DNA of 64,000 nt from NCBI GenBank assembly GCA_045577535.1, contig JAZNIO010000029.1:25478-89477 (forward strand). Reading direction: 5' to 3'. Position 1 is the stretch's first letter, and each line of letters begins with the position of its first letter. This DNA is from Candidatus Onthomorpha sp. (lineage in GTDB: Bacteria > Bacteroidota > Bacteroidia > Bacteroidales > P3). Positions 9,989 through 20,243 of this stretch are shown one piece after another. Made by a program: the position numbers and the translations under genes. The notes under the pieces were generated by a model, which saw nothing but the letters and a program-made list of their open reading frames with translations, was not told the origin of the DNA and made no database searches.

Positions 9989-10016
9989 AGCTGCTTCAAA
10001 GGGGCAGCTTTTTTTG
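9989..10016 (+). terminator. Rho-independent terminator
   Basis: AGCTGC / GCAGCT stem followed by T7. Confidence 0.55.
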
Positions 10017-10037
10017 CAAAACATCAAGAGGGAATAA

Positions 10038-10811
10038 ATGGGTAAGGTAATAGCTATTGCAAATCAAAAAGGCGGAGTCGGAAAGACGACAACGGCAATC
10101 AATCTCAGTGCTGCACTCGCCGTGATGGAGAAAAAGACATTGTTGATCGACGCAGACCCGCAGGCAAACGCATCTTCGGGAGTCGGAATCGAGCCTCAAA
10201 GCGTACAGAATGGTATATACGAATGTCTGATCGGTGGAGCGGCAGCCAAAGATGCCATTGTGCAAACCGAAACTCCGAATCTGTATCTGTTGCCTGCAAG
10301 CATTGATCTCGTGGGAGCGGAAGTCGAATTGCCAAAACTTGATGACAGAGAAGAGAGACTAAGGCAGATGATAGCCCCTTTGAGAGAAGAATTCGACTAT
10401 ATCATAATCGATTGTTCCCCGTCTTTGGGTTTGGTTACCATAAACGCCTTCACGGCAGCCGACAGCGTCGTAATACCCGTTCAATGTCAGTATTTCGCAT
10501 TGGAAGGCTTGGGAAAATTACTCAATACCATAAGAATAGTTCAAAACAGGCTTAATCCGTCATTGGAAATCGAAGGAATACTGCTCACGATGTTTGATAC
10601 GCGTTTGCGACTTAACAAACAAGTGGCGGAGGATGTAAGACATCATTTCAAGCAAGTGGTGTTTGACACGATTATCTACAACAATGTGAAACTTGCAGAG
10701 GCACCAAGCCACGGTCTAAGCGTGATTATGTACGACGCAAGCAGCACAGGAGCTGTCAATTATATGAATTTGGCAGCGGAAATCATTGAAAAGAACACAC
10801 CAAAAGAATAA
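10038..10811 (+). CDS. parA: Chromosome partitioning ATPase ParA/Soj
   Basis: Deviant Walker A KGGVGKTT and full-length ParA architecture. Confidence 0.95.
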   Translation: MGKVIAIANQKGGVGKTTTAINLSAALAVMEKKTLLIDADPQANASSGVGIEPQSVQNGIYECLIGGAAAKDAIVQTETPNLYLLPASIDLVGAEVELPKLDDREERLRQMIAPLREEFDYIIIDCSPSLGLVTINAFTAADSVVIPVQCQYFALEGLGKLLNTIRIVQNRLNPSLEIEGILLTMFDTRLRLNKQVAEDVRHHFKQVVFDTIIYNNVKLAEAPSHGLSVIMYDASSTGAVNYMNLAAEIIEKNTPKE

Positions 10812-10821
10812 TCATTAAACT

Positions 10822-11700
10822 ATGGCAGCAAAAAAAACATCGGCATTGGGAAAAGGTTTGGAGGCATTGTTGGGAAACACCGTTGTAAACAGAAACGAAG
10901 CGGGTGCGACAAGCCTTACGGCAGAGTTGAGCTACATTGCTTTGGATAAAATCGATCCTAATCCCGATCAACCGAGAAAAGAATTCGATCAAGCAACACT
11001 TGACGAACTCGCTCAGTCGATAAGAGAAAACGGAATCATTGTTCCGCTGACCGTAATCAAAGAAAACGGACGCTATATCCTGATTGCAGGAGAGCGAAGA
11101 TACAGAGCTGCCAAATCGCTTGGCTTAAAGGAAGTACCGGCATACATAAAGGTTGCGACGAAACGAGAAGTCATGGAAATGGCTTTGGTGGAGAATATAC
11201 AGAGAGAGGATTTGAATGCCATCGAAATCGCTTTGTCGTTGAAGGGATTGATAGAAGAATGTAATCTTACGCAGGAACAAATGAGCGAACGCATAGGAAA
11301 AAATCGTTCAACCATAACAAATTACCTCAGACTTTTAAAACTGCCGGCCGAGATTCAACTTGCACTGAGGAACAATCAAATAACGATGGGACACGCACGC
11401 TGTTTGATCAGCATGGAATCGGAAAGCGAACAAATCGAAATGGTGAAGCGCATCATCGAAAAAGAACTTTCGGTAAGACAGGTCGAAGAATTGGTTAAGC
11501 AGAGCAAAGAAAAGCAACAGCCGAAAGCCAAACAAAAGAAACAATTGCCCGAATATCACAATTCGAAAAAAGAAGTGTTGTCCTCACATTTGGATACCGC
11601 AGTCGAAATCACTCGTTCGCAAAGAGGAAAAGGAAAAATAACCATAGCGTTCAAAAACGACAAAGATTTCGAACGAATAATGGAATTGCTCGAAAGATAA
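10822..11700 (+). CDS. parB: Chromosome partitioning protein ParB/Spo0J
   Basis: ParB box GERRYRAAK and a central HTH. Lies directly after parA. Confidence 0.95.
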   Translation: MAAKKTSALGKGLEALLGNTVVNRNEAGATSLTAELSYIALDKIDPNPDQPRKEFDQATLDELAQSIRENGIIVPLTVIKENGRYILIAGERRYRAAKSLGLKEVPAYIKVATKREVMEMALVENIQREDLNAIEIALSLKGLIEECNLTQEQMSERIGKNRSTITNYLRLLKLPAEIQLALRNNQITMGHARCLISMESESEQIEMVKRIIEKELSVRQVEELVKQSKEKQQPKAKQKKQLPEYHNSKKEVLSSHLDTAVEITRSQRGKGKITIAFKNDKDFERIMELLER

Positions 11701-11709
11701 TCCGTAATT

Positions 11710-12255
11710 ATGAAAGCACGCAGAATCATAGCTTTTCTTTTGATTCTTGTGTCGATCGCTCAAAGCCTTTCGGCACAACAGCCGACCGAGCCGGTCAAAG
11801 CACATTCGCCCAAGCGTGCAACAATATATTCCGCCATTCTTCCCGGAATGGGACAAGTCTATAACAAACAAGCGTGGAAGATTCCGATAATCTATGCACT
11901 TGGAGCAACGACCACATACATCGCAATAAACAACTACCAAAATTCCATCAAGTTCAAGAACGAGTATTTCAATCGTCTTGACGGCAAAACTTCGGAATTG
12001 TTGCCCGATTATTCGACATACAGCGATGAAAGCATATTATCATTGCACGAAGCCTACAACAAAAACTTTCAATTGAGCGTAATGATAACCGGAGTCGTTT
12101 ATCTGCTCAACATAATCGACGCAATGGTTTACGGACACTTGTTCGACTTTGACATAAATGAAGACTTGGGAGCGAGCATCAAACCTTTCGCCACTCCGAG
12201 TTTCGGATGCTTTTCGCCAAGCATAGGAATGAGTTTATCAATCAGAATGAAATAA
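11710..12255 (+). CDS. DUF5683-family secreted/membrane protein
   Basis: Signal peptide and motif ILPGMGQVYNKQAWKIP. The position after parB is typical in Bacteroidota. Confidence 0.7.
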   Translation: MKARRIIAFLLILVSIAQSLSAQQPTEPVKAHSPKRATIYSAILPGMGQVYNKQAWKIPIIYALGATTTYIAINNYQNSIKFKNEYFNRLDGKTSELLPDYSTYSDESILSLHEAYNKNFQLSVMITGVVYLLNIIDAMVYGHLFDFDINEDLGASIKPFATPSFGCFSPSIGMSLSIRMK

Positions 12256-12267
12256 AAACAAAATAAA

Positions 12268-13503
12268 ATGAGAACACTCGTAAAAGACATAAAGAGCCTT
12301 GTACAGGTTGAAGACGCTCCACGCAAAGCAGTTTGCGGGGCGGACATGTCAGAAGTCAAATGTATAGATAACGCATATCTTATCGTGGAAGACGACAAGA
12401 TTGCAGATTTCGGCAGAATGGATGAATTGAAAGAAACAAACGCAGACAAGATTGTTGAAGCGAACAATCGTTTTGTTTTACCTTCGTTCTGCGATTCGCA
12501 CACCCACTTGGTTTATGCAGGCTCTCGCGAAATCGAATACATAGACAAGATTCGTGGATTGAGCTATGAAGAAATTGCAAAGCGTGGAGGAGGAATTTTA
12601 AACTCGGCAAAGAGATTGCAGGAAACGAGTGAAGACCAATTGTTCGAAGATGCGATGAAGCGTCTCGAAGAAATAATCTCGATGGGTACGGGAGCCGTCG
12701 AAATAAAATCAGGTTACGGACTTACGACAGAGGCAGAGATGAAAATGTTGCGAGTTATCCGTCGTTTGAAAGAAGAATCACCTCTGACGATTAAGGCAAA
12801 CTTTCTCGGAGCTCATGGAGTGCCTATGGAGTATCGCGGAAATCAGGGAGCGTTTGTAGATTTGGTGATAAACGAAATGATTCCGCTTGTAGCAAAAGAA
12901 AAATTGGCAGACTTCATCGACGTATTCTGCGACACAGGATTTTTTACCGTTGAAGAGACTGACAGAATGCTTGAAGCAGGAGTAAGATACGGAATGATAC
13001 CTAAAATACACGCAAACGAATTAGACTATTCCGGCGGAATAGAAGTCGGAGTCAAATACGGTGCATTGTCGGTTGACCATTTGGAATGCGTGGGAGAGAA
13101 AGAAATTGCCGCATTAAAATCTTCCGAAACAATGCCTACGATATTACCTGGTGCCGCTTTCTTCCTCAATATGCCTCATTCGCCGGCACGAAACATGATT
13201 GGAGCCGGACTACCCGTTGCAATGGCGTCAGATTTCAATCCGGGAAGCTCGCCAAGCGGCAATATGCAGATGGTGATGACCTTTGCGTGCGTCAATTATC
13301 GCCTTACACCGCAGGAAGCCTTGAATGCGACGACCATAAATACGGCTTATGCGATGGGATTGAGCCAAACACATGGTTCGATTGCAAGAGGAAAGCAGGC
13401 AAACTTTTACATCACAAAAGACATCCCTACAATCGAATATATACCTTACTACTACGGCACGAACAAAGTCGATCGCGTATTCTTGAACGGAAAAGAGCAA
13501 TAA
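12268..13503 (+). CDS. hutI: Imidazolonepropionase-family amidohydrolase
   Basis: Metal-binding DSHTHLV, plus KSGYGL and KIHANE. 411 aa. Confidence 0.8.
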   Translation: MRTLVKDIKSLVQVEDAPRKAVCGADMSEVKCIDNAYLIVEDDKIADFGRMDELKETNADKIVEANNRFVLPSFCDSHTHLVYAGSREIEYIDKIRGLSYEEIAKRGGGILNSAKRLQETSEDQLFEDAMKRLEEIISMGTGAVEIKSGYGLTTEAEMKMLRVIRRLKEESPLTIKANFLGAHGVPMEYRGNQGAFVDLVINEMIPLVAKEKLADFIDVFCDTGFFTVEETDRMLEAGVRYGMIPKIHANELDYSGGIEVGVKYGALSVDHLECVGEKEIAALKSSETMPTILPGAAFFLNMPHSPARNMIGAGLPVAMASDFNPGSSPSGNMQMVMTFACVNYRLTPQEALNATTINTAYAMGLSQTHGSIARGKQANFYITKDIPTIEYIPYYYGTNKVDRVFLNGKEQ

Positions 13504-13546
13504 ACGAAACATCGAAAAATATTCGGAGGTTTGCAATCAAACCCGC

Positions 13547-13597
13547 AAAAGCGACAAAAGAGGTGTCAAAAGCCTTGTTTTGTCGCTTTTTGTTTTT
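13547..13597 (+). terminator. Rho-independent terminator after hutI
   Basis: AAAGCGACAAAA / TTTTGTCGCTTT stem followed by a T-rich run. Confidence 0.6.
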
Positions 13598-13627
13598 ATT
13601 TTCCGTGTCGGATTCTGAGTTTTTTCT

Positions 13628-13635
13628 TAACTTTG
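13628..13635 (+). promoter_or_regulatory. -7 promoter box TAACTTTG (followed by CA) upstream of alaS
   Basis: TAnnTTTG match. Confidence 0.45.
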
Positions 13636-13759
13636 CAGGCTTGAACAATTTTTCTCTCTTGAATCGGGGATAAATGACTCTTGAAAAGAATTTTCCGAAA
13701 TCAAGAAAGAGAAAAACAGTTACTGAAAACAAAATTTTGAAATCAAAAATCATTCGACT

Positions 13760-16381
13760 ATGATGACATCGAAAGAAATCAGAAATAAATTCTTGGAGTT
13801 TTTTGCTTCGAAATCGCATAACATAGTTCCATCTTCGGCAATCGTGGTGAAGAACGATCCGACGCTTTTATTCACAAACGCCGGCATGAATCAGTTTAAG
13901 GACATTTTTCTTGGCAATTCAACCAAGTCATTCTTGAGAGCAGCCGATTCGCAAAAGTGTTTGCGTGTCAGTGGTAAGCATAACGATTTGGAAGAGGTGG
14001 GAAGAGATACATATCATCATACAATGTTCGAAATGTTGGGCAATTGGTCTTTCGGAGACTACTTCAAAAAAGAAGCGATTGCCTATGCATGGGAACTTTT
14101 GACCGAAGTGTACGGCATAAGCAAAGACATGATTTACGTAACCGTGTTCGGAGGAGATGAAAAAGAAGGATTGAGTGCCGACAAAGAGGCGTTTGATTAT
14201 TGGAAAGAGTGGATTGCGGAAGACAGAATCATATTCGGCAGCAAGAAAGACAACTTCTGGGAAATGGGAGAGACAGGTCCTTGCGGCGGATGCTCTGAAA
14301 TACATATCGATTTGAGAAGTCCGGAAGACAAAGCCAAAATAAGCGGAAAGGATTTGGTGAACAAAGACAATCCTTTGGTGATAGAAATCTGGAATTTGGT
14401 GTTCATGGAATACAATCGCATGGCTGACGGCAGCCTTGTGGCGTTGAAAGAAAAGAATATCGACACCGGCATGGGCTTTGAGCGACTTTGCATGGTTCTT
14501 CAAGGCAAACAATCGAACTATGATACAGATGTATTTCAGCCAATGATTAAACACCTGAGCCAAAAAGCAGGAGCGGAGTACGGAAAGGGTGAAGAGGATA
14601 AAGACATCGCAATGAGAGTTTGTGCAGATCACATAAGAGCGGTTTGTTTTGCCATTGCAGACGGGCAATTGCCTTCGAACGCAAAAGCAGGTTATGTAAT
14701 CCGTCGAATACTTCGAAGAGCCGTTCGTTACGGATACACATTTCTCGGATTCGAAGAGCCGTTCCTTTGCGATATGGTTGCGATATTGGTTGAGCAAATG
14801 GGAGAACAATATCCAGAAATCAAAGCCCAACAAGGTCTTATCGAAAAGATAATCCGTGAAGAAGAGCAATCATTCCTACGCACTCTTGCAAACGGAATAA
14901 CGAAATTTGAAAAATACACGGCACAATGCCAAAACAAACTGATAGATGGCGACTTTGCATTCGAATTGTTTGACACCTATGGATTCCCTGTCGATTTGAC
15001 CGAGCTGATGGCACAAGAAAAAGGCTTAAAAGTAGATATGGACGGATTCGAAAGAAACCTTGCCGCACAGAAAGAGCGTTCGAGGAATGCCGCAAAAAGC
15101 GTTGCCGACGACTGGGTTGAGATCGAGCCGTTCGAAGGCTTGGGAGAATTTCTCGGATACGACACCTTGGAGTCTGAAAGCAGATTGTTGCGATACAGAA
15201 AGGTAACAAGCAAAAACGGTTCATTGTATCAGTTGGTTTTTGACAAGACTCCGTTTTATGCAGAGATGGGAGGACAAGTCGGAGACAAGGGCTATATCGA
15301 AAATGCGGGTGGAAAGACAGCCGTAATCGACACTCGTAAGGAGAATGAGCTGACTTTGCACATCGTAAAGCAACTTCCTGAGAACCTTGACAAGCCTTTC
15401 AGAATGGTTGTCGATAAAAAGAAACGTCTTGCAACGGAAGCGAACCATACAGCAACGCACCTTTTGCACCATGCTTTGCGTCAGGTGCTCGGAACGCACG
15501 TCGAACAAAAAGGTTCTTATGTCAATGAAGAGAAATTGCGATTCGACTTTTCGCATCCTTCGAAACTGACCTACGAAGAGATAAGACAGGTAGAACGAAT
15601 CGTCAATGCGGCAATCCGAGAAGACTATTCGTTGGAAGATTTCCGCAACATACCGATAGCCGAAGCAAGAGAGATGGGAGCGATGGCACTTTTCGGTGAA
15701 AAATATGGCGATATGGTCAGATGCGTTCGCTTTGGCGAGAGCATAGAACTTTGTGGGGGAACGCACGCAAAGTCAACCGGACGAATCGGAATGATAAACA
15801 TAATGAGTGAAACTGCGGTTGCGGCAGGCGTAAGAAGAATAGAAGCGGTTACAGGTGAGGTTTGCGAAGAATATTTCAATGCCGTGGCAGACACGATGAA
15901 AGAAATACGCTCATGTTTTGCCGCAAGCCCGAACATAGTTCAGTCGATAAAGAAATTGATAGAAGAAGATGCCGAATTGAGAGCCGATTTGGAAAAATTG
16001 AAAAGAGAAAAAGCTCTTCAATTGGCGGAATTGCTCAAAAAGAAAATAGAAAAAGTCGGCACGATAGATTATTTGGAGACAGATTGTGGCGATTTCACAC
16101 CGGAGATGATAAAAGACATAGCTTTCAAATTCAAGAACGAATACAGTAGAATTTGCTTTGCGGCTTACGGAACTCAAAATGGTAAAGTCAATTTGACGCT
16201 TATGTTAGGTGATGACTTAGTTGCCGAAGGTAAAGACGCATCCAAAATCATCAGAGAGGCATCCAAAAACATCAAAGGCGGCGGAGGAGGACAGAAACAC
16301 TTTGCAACAGCCGGCGGAAAAGACGCTTCAGGAATCGCAAAAGCCATAGAAGTCATCAAACAACAAGTATTCGAATCATAA
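13760..16381 (+). CDS. alaS: Alanine--tRNA ligase
   Basis: HHTMFEMLGNWSFGDYFK, editing-domain HTATHLLHHAL and CGGTH, and a C-terminal DHHA1-like GGGGGQ. 873 aa. Confidence 0.97.
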   Translation: MMTSKEIRNKFLEFFASKSHNIVPSSAIVVKNDPTLLFTNAGMNQFKDIFLGNSTKSFLRAADSQKCLRVSGKHNDLEEVGRDTYHHTMFEMLGNWSFGDYFKKEAIAYAWELLTEVYGISKDMIYVTVFGGDEKEGLSADKEAFDYWKEWIAEDRIIFGSKKDNFWEMGETGPCGGCSEIHIDLRSPEDKAKISGKDLVNKDNPLVIEIWNLVFMEYNRMADGSLVALKEKNIDTGMGFERLCMVLQGKQSNYDTDVFQPMIKHLSQKAGAEYGKGEEDKDIAMRVCADHIRAVCFAIADGQLPSNAKAGYVIRRILRRAVRYGYTFLGFEEPFLCDMVAILVEQMGEQYPEIKAQQGLIEKIIREEEQSFLRTLANGITKFEKYTAQCQNKLIDGDFAFELFDTYGFPVDLTELMAQEKGLKVDMDGFERNLAAQKERSRNAAKSVADDWVEIEPFEGLGEFLGYDTLESESRLLRYRKVTSKNGSLYQLVFDKTPFYAEMGGQVGDKGYIENAGGKTAVIDTRKENELTLHIVKQLPENLDKPFRMVVDKKKRLATEANHTATHLLHHALRQVLGTHVEQKGSYVNEEKLRFDFSHPSKLTYEEIRQVERIVNAAIREDYSLEDFRNIPIAEAREMGAMALFGEKYGDMVRCVRFGESIELCGGTHAKSTGRIGMINIMSETAVAAGVRRIEAVTGEVCEEYFNAVADTMKEIRSCFAASPNIVQSIKKLIEEDAELRADLEKLKREKALQLAELLKKKIEKVGTIDYLETDCGDFTPEMIKDIAFKFKNEYSRICFAAYGTQNGKVNLTLMLGDDLVAEGKDASKIIREASKNIKGGGGGQKHFATAGGKDASGIAKAIEVIKQQVFES

Positions 16382-16416
16382 AATCAAACCGAGGCTTGGC
16401 AATTTGTTTAACGAAA

Positions 16417-17208
16417 ATGATAAAACTAAATCATATTTATAACGAAAATTGTTTGGATACAATGAATCGCATGGATGATGAATTCATTGACTTTGTCATA
16501 ACATCACCACCTTATGACAATATACGTAATTACAATGGTTATGAATTTGATTTTTGTAACATTGTCAAAGAATTGTATCGTGTGTTGAAACAAGGGGGTG
16601 TCGTTATATGGGTTGTTGCAGATGCCACCATAAACGGAAGTGAATCCGGAACAAGTTTTCGTCAGGCTTTGAAATTCATGGAGATTGGATTCCGACTTCA
16701 TGATACGATGATTTACTATAAAAACAACCCTATGCCTCAAACAGGAAATCGTTATCATCAAATGTTTGAATATATGTTCTGTTTTTCAAAAGGTAGCCCA
16801 AAAACTTTTAACCCCATAAAAGAAACTACCAAATACAGAGGTCTTGCCAATATGAAAAACAGAGGAAAAGAAGGAATGCTGAATTATGAAAAAGTTGAAA
16901 GAACGTCTGAAAAGAAAGTGGGGAATGTATTCATGTATTCAATAGGTGGAGGTATATCAACACCGGATAGGATTGCTTATAAACATCCTGCAATTTTTCC
17001 TGAAAAACTTGTGAAAGACCAAATCGATACGTGGACTAATGAAGGAGAAATTGTATATGACCCTTTCATGGGAAGTGGAACAACAGCCAAAGTTGCAGGC
17101 TTGTTGAACAGAGATTGGATTGGGTCGGAAATTTCACGAGAATATGTAGATGTTGCAAACGAACGAATATCTCCGTACATAAATAATGATTTATTTTCGA
17201 GCATTTAA
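16417..17208 (+). CDS. Beta-class amino DNA methyltransferase, motif IV = SPPY (probably N4-cytosine)
   Basis: VITSPPYDN (motif IV) lies N-terminal to DPFMGSGTTAKVA (motif I). The first ATG in the ORF is at 16417. AT-rich. Confidence 0.85.
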   Translation: MIKLNHIYNENCLDTMNRMDDEFIDFVITSPPYDNIRNYNGYEFDFCNIVKELYRVLKQGGVVIWVVADATINGSESGTSFRQALKFMEIGFRLHDTMIYYKNNPMPQTGNRYHQMFEYMFCFSKGSPKTFNPIKETTKYRGLANMKNRGKEGMLNYEKVERTSEKKVGNVFMYSIGGGISTPDRIAYKHPAIFPEKLVKDQIDTWTNEGEIVYDPFMGSGTTAKVAGLLNRDWIGSEISREYVDVANERISPYINNDLFSSI

Positions 17209-17963
17209 TGAATAATAAAATGAAAACGGTTGCAGAGGGTTCTGAAACAGCAAAAAAAGGTTTCCAAAATGAGGAATATGTTATTTCAAAGTTTAATAAT
17301 TGGGAACAAGACCTCGATTCACAACAATGGTTGCAGATAATGAATTATGAATTGGAAGATATTGAATATGTGAAAGCAGAAAAAATACCTGGAAGTTATA
17401 AAGCTGATGTACAAGTTCAAGTATCAGTTAAATTAAAATCGTGTATTGATACAGAAAATCTGCAAGTTAAATTAGTTAGTAATAAGAATGGATTTAATCA
17501 AATCGACAAACGGTGGGTTGATAAGTATATTGAACTTTGGAATATCCCGAAGGATATTTCTCTCTTATTGAAACAATATACGGGAGAAATATTGCCGTTG
17601 CATACAACCAGAGATAAACGCAGAATGTTTGCAGATGAGTTTATTGAATCGGAGCAGAAACGGCTTATAACTTGGATTGAAGAAAATAAAATCATGATTG
17701 TTTCCGATATATTGAAAGGACGTGGACGTTTTGCAGCAGAATGGGTGTTGGTGATTAGGAAAACGAATGATTCAAATGAGTGGGTATTGAAACCGATAAA
17801 CGAAACTATAAATTTCTTTGGTAACGGAAAAGTTTTGATTACCCCAAGAGGAAATATAAGCATAGGAAAAATCACAATGCAACGAAAAGGTGGAGATGGA
17901 GGAAGAGAAACTGCAAAAATGTTGCAATTCAAAATAAATCCCTCTGAATTGTTTAATATATAA
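17208..17963 (+). CDS. Type II restriction endonuclease, HinP1I/MspI-like
   Basis: A-D-x18-Q-x-K (YKADVQVQVSVKLKSCIDTENLQVK) fits the reported HinP1I SDx18QxK active site. Also has GRGRFAAEWVLV and QRKGGDGGRETAKMLQFKI. The start overlaps the MTase stop by 1 nt (TAATG). Confidence 0.6.
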   Translation: MNNKMKTVAEGSETAKKGFQNEEYVISKFNNWEQDLDSQQWLQIMNYELEDIEYVKAEKIPGSYKADVQVQVSVKLKSCIDTENLQVKLVSNKNGFNQIDKRWVDKYIELWNIPKDISLLLKQYTGEILPLHTTRDKRRMFADEFIESEQKRLITWIEENKIMIVSDILKGRGRFAAEWVLVIRKTNDSNEWVLKPINETINFFGNGKVLITPRGNISIGKITMQRKGGDGGRETAKMLQFKINPSELFNI

Positions 17964-17993
17964 GAATGAGTAAAAAACAAAACATAATAAACA

Positions 17994-19808
17994 ATGCAAA
18001 AGATAAGAAACGTAGCTATCATAGCCCATGTTGATCATGGCAAAACAACTCTTGTGGACAGAATGTTGCATCAGGCAAAACTCTTCCGCGAAAACCAGGA
18101 AACAAAAGACCTTATCTTGGATAACAACGACCTTGAAAGAGAACGTGGAATCACAATTTTGTCTAAGAACGTTTCGATCAGATATAAAGATTATAAAATA
18201 AACATCATAGATACTCCGGGCCACAGCGACTTTGGCGGAGAGGTGGAGCGTGTGCTCAATATGGCGGACGGAGTCTTACTCGTCGTAGATGCGTTCGAAG
18301 GACCTATGCCTCAGACTCGTTTTGTTTTGCAAAAAGCCATCGATTTGAATCTTAAGCCGATCGTTGTCATAAACAAAGTCGATAAACCTAATTGTAATCC
18401 GATTGAAACACAAGAGAAAGTATTCGATTTGATGTTTGCTTTGGGTGCAACCGAAGAACAATTGGATTTTCCTACGGTTTACGGCTCTTCAAAGCAGGGT
18501 TGGATGAGCGATGATTGGCAAAATCAAACCGAAGACGTATCTTATCTTTTGGATATGATAATCGAGCATATTCCTGCATACAAAACCGAAGAGGGAAACA
18601 CACAGTTGATGATTTCATCTTTGGATTACTCGTCGTATGTCGGCAGAATAGCAGTCGGACGTTTGCATAGAGGCACATTGATTGCAGGACAGGACGTAAC
18701 GCTTGTTAAAGCCGGTGGAGAGCAAGTGCGTTCCAAGATAAAGGAACTTTATGTATTCGAAGGTCTTGCCAAAGAAAAAATCAAGACAGCTGTGGAAGCG
18801 GGAGAGATATGTGCGATATTGGGCTTGGATAACTTTGATATAGGTGATTCGGTCTGCGATGCAGAAAATCCGGAACCGCTAAAACCAATCAAGGTCGATG
18901 ATCCGACAATGAGCATGTTGTTTACGATTAATAATTCTCCTTTTTACGGAAAAGACGGTAAGTATGTAACATCACGCCATCTTAGAGAAAGATTGTTCGC
19001 CGAGCTTGAGAAAAATTTAGCTCTCAGAGTTGAAGAAACAGAGTCGCCGGACAGTTTGATTGTTTACGGACGCGGCATACTGCATCTTTCAATCCTTATC
19101 GAGACAATGCGAAGAGAAGGTTATGAATTGCAGGTAGGACAACCTAAGGTGATAATCAAAGAAATTGACGGAGTGAAATGTGAGCCTGTTGAGCAGCTTA
19201 CGATAGTTGTTCCTGAGCAATTCGCCGGCAAAGTGATAGAATTGGTGACCATGCGTAAGGGAGAAATCGACTCTATCGAGGCTCAAGGCGACAGAAGCCA
19301 TATCGAATTCACCATACCTTCACGTGGTATCATCGGATTGAGAAATAACGTGCTTACTGTTTCGGAAGGAGAGGCTATAATGGCAAGTCGATTGAAAGGA
19401 TACGAGCCTTGGAAGGGAGAAATCGGAGGAAGAAGAATGGGAGCCTTGATTGCAAAAGAGACAGGTGCGGCAATAGAATACTCAATCAATAAATTGCAGG
19501 ACCGAGGTACGTTCTTTGTGTCTCCGGGAGAAGAAATATACACCGGAATGGTTGTCGGAGAAGGCTTGAGACCAGATGACATCGTAATCAATCTTACAAT
19601 CACCAAAAAGCTTTCCAATATGCGTTCTGCAGGAGCCGATGAAAAAGTAAACATAGCCCCTGCAAAGAAGTTCTCATTGGAAGAAGCAATGGAATATATA
19701 GGCGAAGACGAATATTTGGAGATTACTCCGAACCATTTGAGAATAAGAAAAATCATTTTAGACGAGATCGCAAGAAAAAGAGCCGCCAACGCAGCTCAAA
19801 AAGATTAG
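17994..19808 (+). CDS. typA: Translational GTPase TypA/BipA
   Basis: G1 [10 protein letters not shown]3 DTPGHSDF and G4 NKVD. 604 aa. Confidence 0.95.
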   Translation: MQKIRNVAIIAHVDHGKTTLVDRMLHQAKLFRENQETKDLILDNNDLERERGITILSKNVSIRYKDYKINIIDTPGHSDFGGEVERVLNMADGVLLVVDAFEGPMPQTRFVLQKAIDLNLKPIVVINKVDKPNCNPIETQEKVFDLMFALGATEEQLDFPTVYGSSKQGWMSDDWQNQTEDVSYLLDMIIEHIPAYKTEEGNTQLMISSLDYSSYVGRIAVGRLHRGTLIAGQDVTLVKAGGEQVRSKIKELYVFEGLAKEKIKTAVEAGEICAILGLDNFDIGDSVCDAENPEPLKPIKVDDPTMSMLFTINNSPFYGKDGKYVTSRHLRERLFAELEKNLALRVEETESPDSLIVYGRGILHLSILIETMRREGYELQVGQPKVIIKEIDGVKCEPVEQLTIVVPEQFAGKVIELVTMRKGEIDSIEAQGDRSHIEFTIPSRGIIGLRNNVLTVSEGEAIMASRLKGYEPWKGEIGGRRMGALIAKETGAAIEYSINKLQDRGTFFVSPGEEIYTGMVVGEGLRPDDIVINLTITKKLSNMRSAGADEKVNIAPAKKFSLEEAMEYIGEDEYLEITPNHLRIRKIILDEIARKRAANAAQKD

Positions 19809-19818
19809 ATAATACATA

Positions 19819-20180
19819 GGTACGGCATCGTTCTATCGCTGCGAACTAAGATTCGGAGAGGAAAGTCCGGGCAACGCAGAGCATCATACTACCTAACGGG
19901 TAGGCGTATTGCAAGATACGACAGACAGTGCCACAGAAAATAACCGCCTGTGTTTGCAGGTAAGGGTGAAAACGTGAGGTAAGAGCTCACGATTCGGCGT
20001 AGTGATAGGTCGAATGGGTAAACCTTATGAGTTGAAAGACCAAGTATATCGGAGAATGGGGCTGCTCGTCCTTTCCGAGGGGTAGGTCGTTAGAGGCTTG
20101 TTGTGAGACAGGCAGTAGATTAATGATAGAACGGTTCGTATTTTCGAATCCGACAGAACCCGGCTTACAGATGTCGTACC
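19819..20180 (+). ncRNA. rnpB: RNase P RNA, bacterial type A
   Basis: GAGGAAAGTCCGGGC and ACAGAACCCGGCTTA (P4 strands), GGTAAGGGTGAAA, AGTGCCACAGAAAA. P1 pairing GGTACGGCATC / GATGTCGTACC. A T7 run follows. Confidence 0.93.
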
Positions 20181-20243
20181 TTTTTTTAGAAAAAAATCGT
20201 GTTTCCAAAAAACAAAATCGAGTAAAGCAGTGTCTGACAAGAA

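Noticed and set aside
12268-13503. hutI without hutH/hutU/hutG neighbours, as a possible mis-annotated or repurposed amidohydrolase
   Set aside because: The metal-binding and family motifs fit imidazolonepropionase well. The other hut genes may simply lie elsewhere, so this cannot be judged from this window.
13928-14869. 313-aa antisense ORF inside alaS, and similar long antisense ORFs at 41211-41894, 54189-54908, 58151-58913, 60242-60823 and 61216-61992
   Set aside because: All lie opposite strongly supported conserved genes and have shadow-type composition with no recognisable motifs.
16401-17956. Imperfect direct repeat AATTTGTTTAA (16401-16411) / AATTGTTTAA (17947-17956) flanking the alaS-typA RM cassette, as a possible target-site duplication
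   Set aside because: It is only about 10 nt long, imperfect and AT-rich, and the right copy lies inside the nuclease coding sequence. It is easily explained by chance and needs comparison with an empty site before any weight is given.
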